This document shows, in pieces, positions 6,820 to 6,853 of a DNA stretch of 6,853 nt; the first letter of the stretch is position 1, and each line of letters starts with the position of its first letter. The position numbers and the translations under genes were made by a program. Location of the stretch: positions 1 through 6,853 of the forward strand of contig JAQGDQ010002242.1 of assembly GCA_030141605.1 (NCBI GenBank). The letters are read 5' to 3'. The notes beneath the pieces are model-generated. The model was given only the letters and a program-made list of their open reading frames with translations, made no database searches and was not told the DNA's origin. This DNA comes from Tubiluchus corallicola (lineage: Eukaryota > Animalia > Priapulida).

Positions 6820-6844
6820 AATAAACTAAACTAAACTAAACTAA
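6820..6844 (+). repeat. LINE 3' end: AATAAA overlapping a (TAAAC)4-TAA microsatellite tail
   Basis: AATAAA at 6820-6825. TAAAC x4 at 6822-6841 plus TAA, about 135 bp after the ORF stop. Confidence 0.9.
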
Positions 6845-6853
6845 GCTTTCTAG

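Larger units (their letters stand above)
1..6844 (+). mobile_element. Non-LTR retrotransposon (LINE), 5' end outside the window, interrupted by an LTR element at 1250-5738; clade uncertain (RTE-group/RTEX/Proto2-like is a guess)
   Basis: RT motifs in order: KSGGPSGVP, FKKG...NYRGIS, QAGAQPGR, YIDFSKAYDRV, GVRQGSPTSCFLF, LLLMDDTVLL, INASKTKFM. After the insert come YVYLG and the C-terminal SSHNLMIETGRW...LCTC...EAHVLLRCP. It ends in AATAAA plus a (TAAAC)n tail. Confidence 0.95.

Overview
Animal (metazoan) genomic DNA containing a nested transposon insertion. A degenerate non-LTR retrotransposon (LINE) runs on the + strand from the left edge to a (TAAAC)n tail at 6844; it has RT motifs and a C-terminal CCHC-type motif. 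It is split at 1249/5744 by a young 4489-bp LTR element (1250-5738). That element has 449-bp LTRs differing at 1 position, AGTAAA...TTTACT termini, a 5-bp AAATG target-site duplication, a tRNA-His primer-binding site and a polypurine tract. Removing it and one TSD copy restores the LINE reading frame exactly. The LTR element has no pol, so it is non-autonomous. Antisense to its own polarity it carries an intronless nuclear hormone receptor gene (C4 zinc-finger DNA-binding domain plus ligand-binding-domain motifs, NR1-like), a 119-aa ORF with a weak chromo/chromoshadow-like pattern, and a truncated Gypsy-type gag fragment. The receptor and the 119-aa ORF lie between perfect 47-bp inverted repeats, and three degenerate tandem arrays follow. 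The main candidate discovery is a recently mobile LTR element transducing a nuclear receptor.
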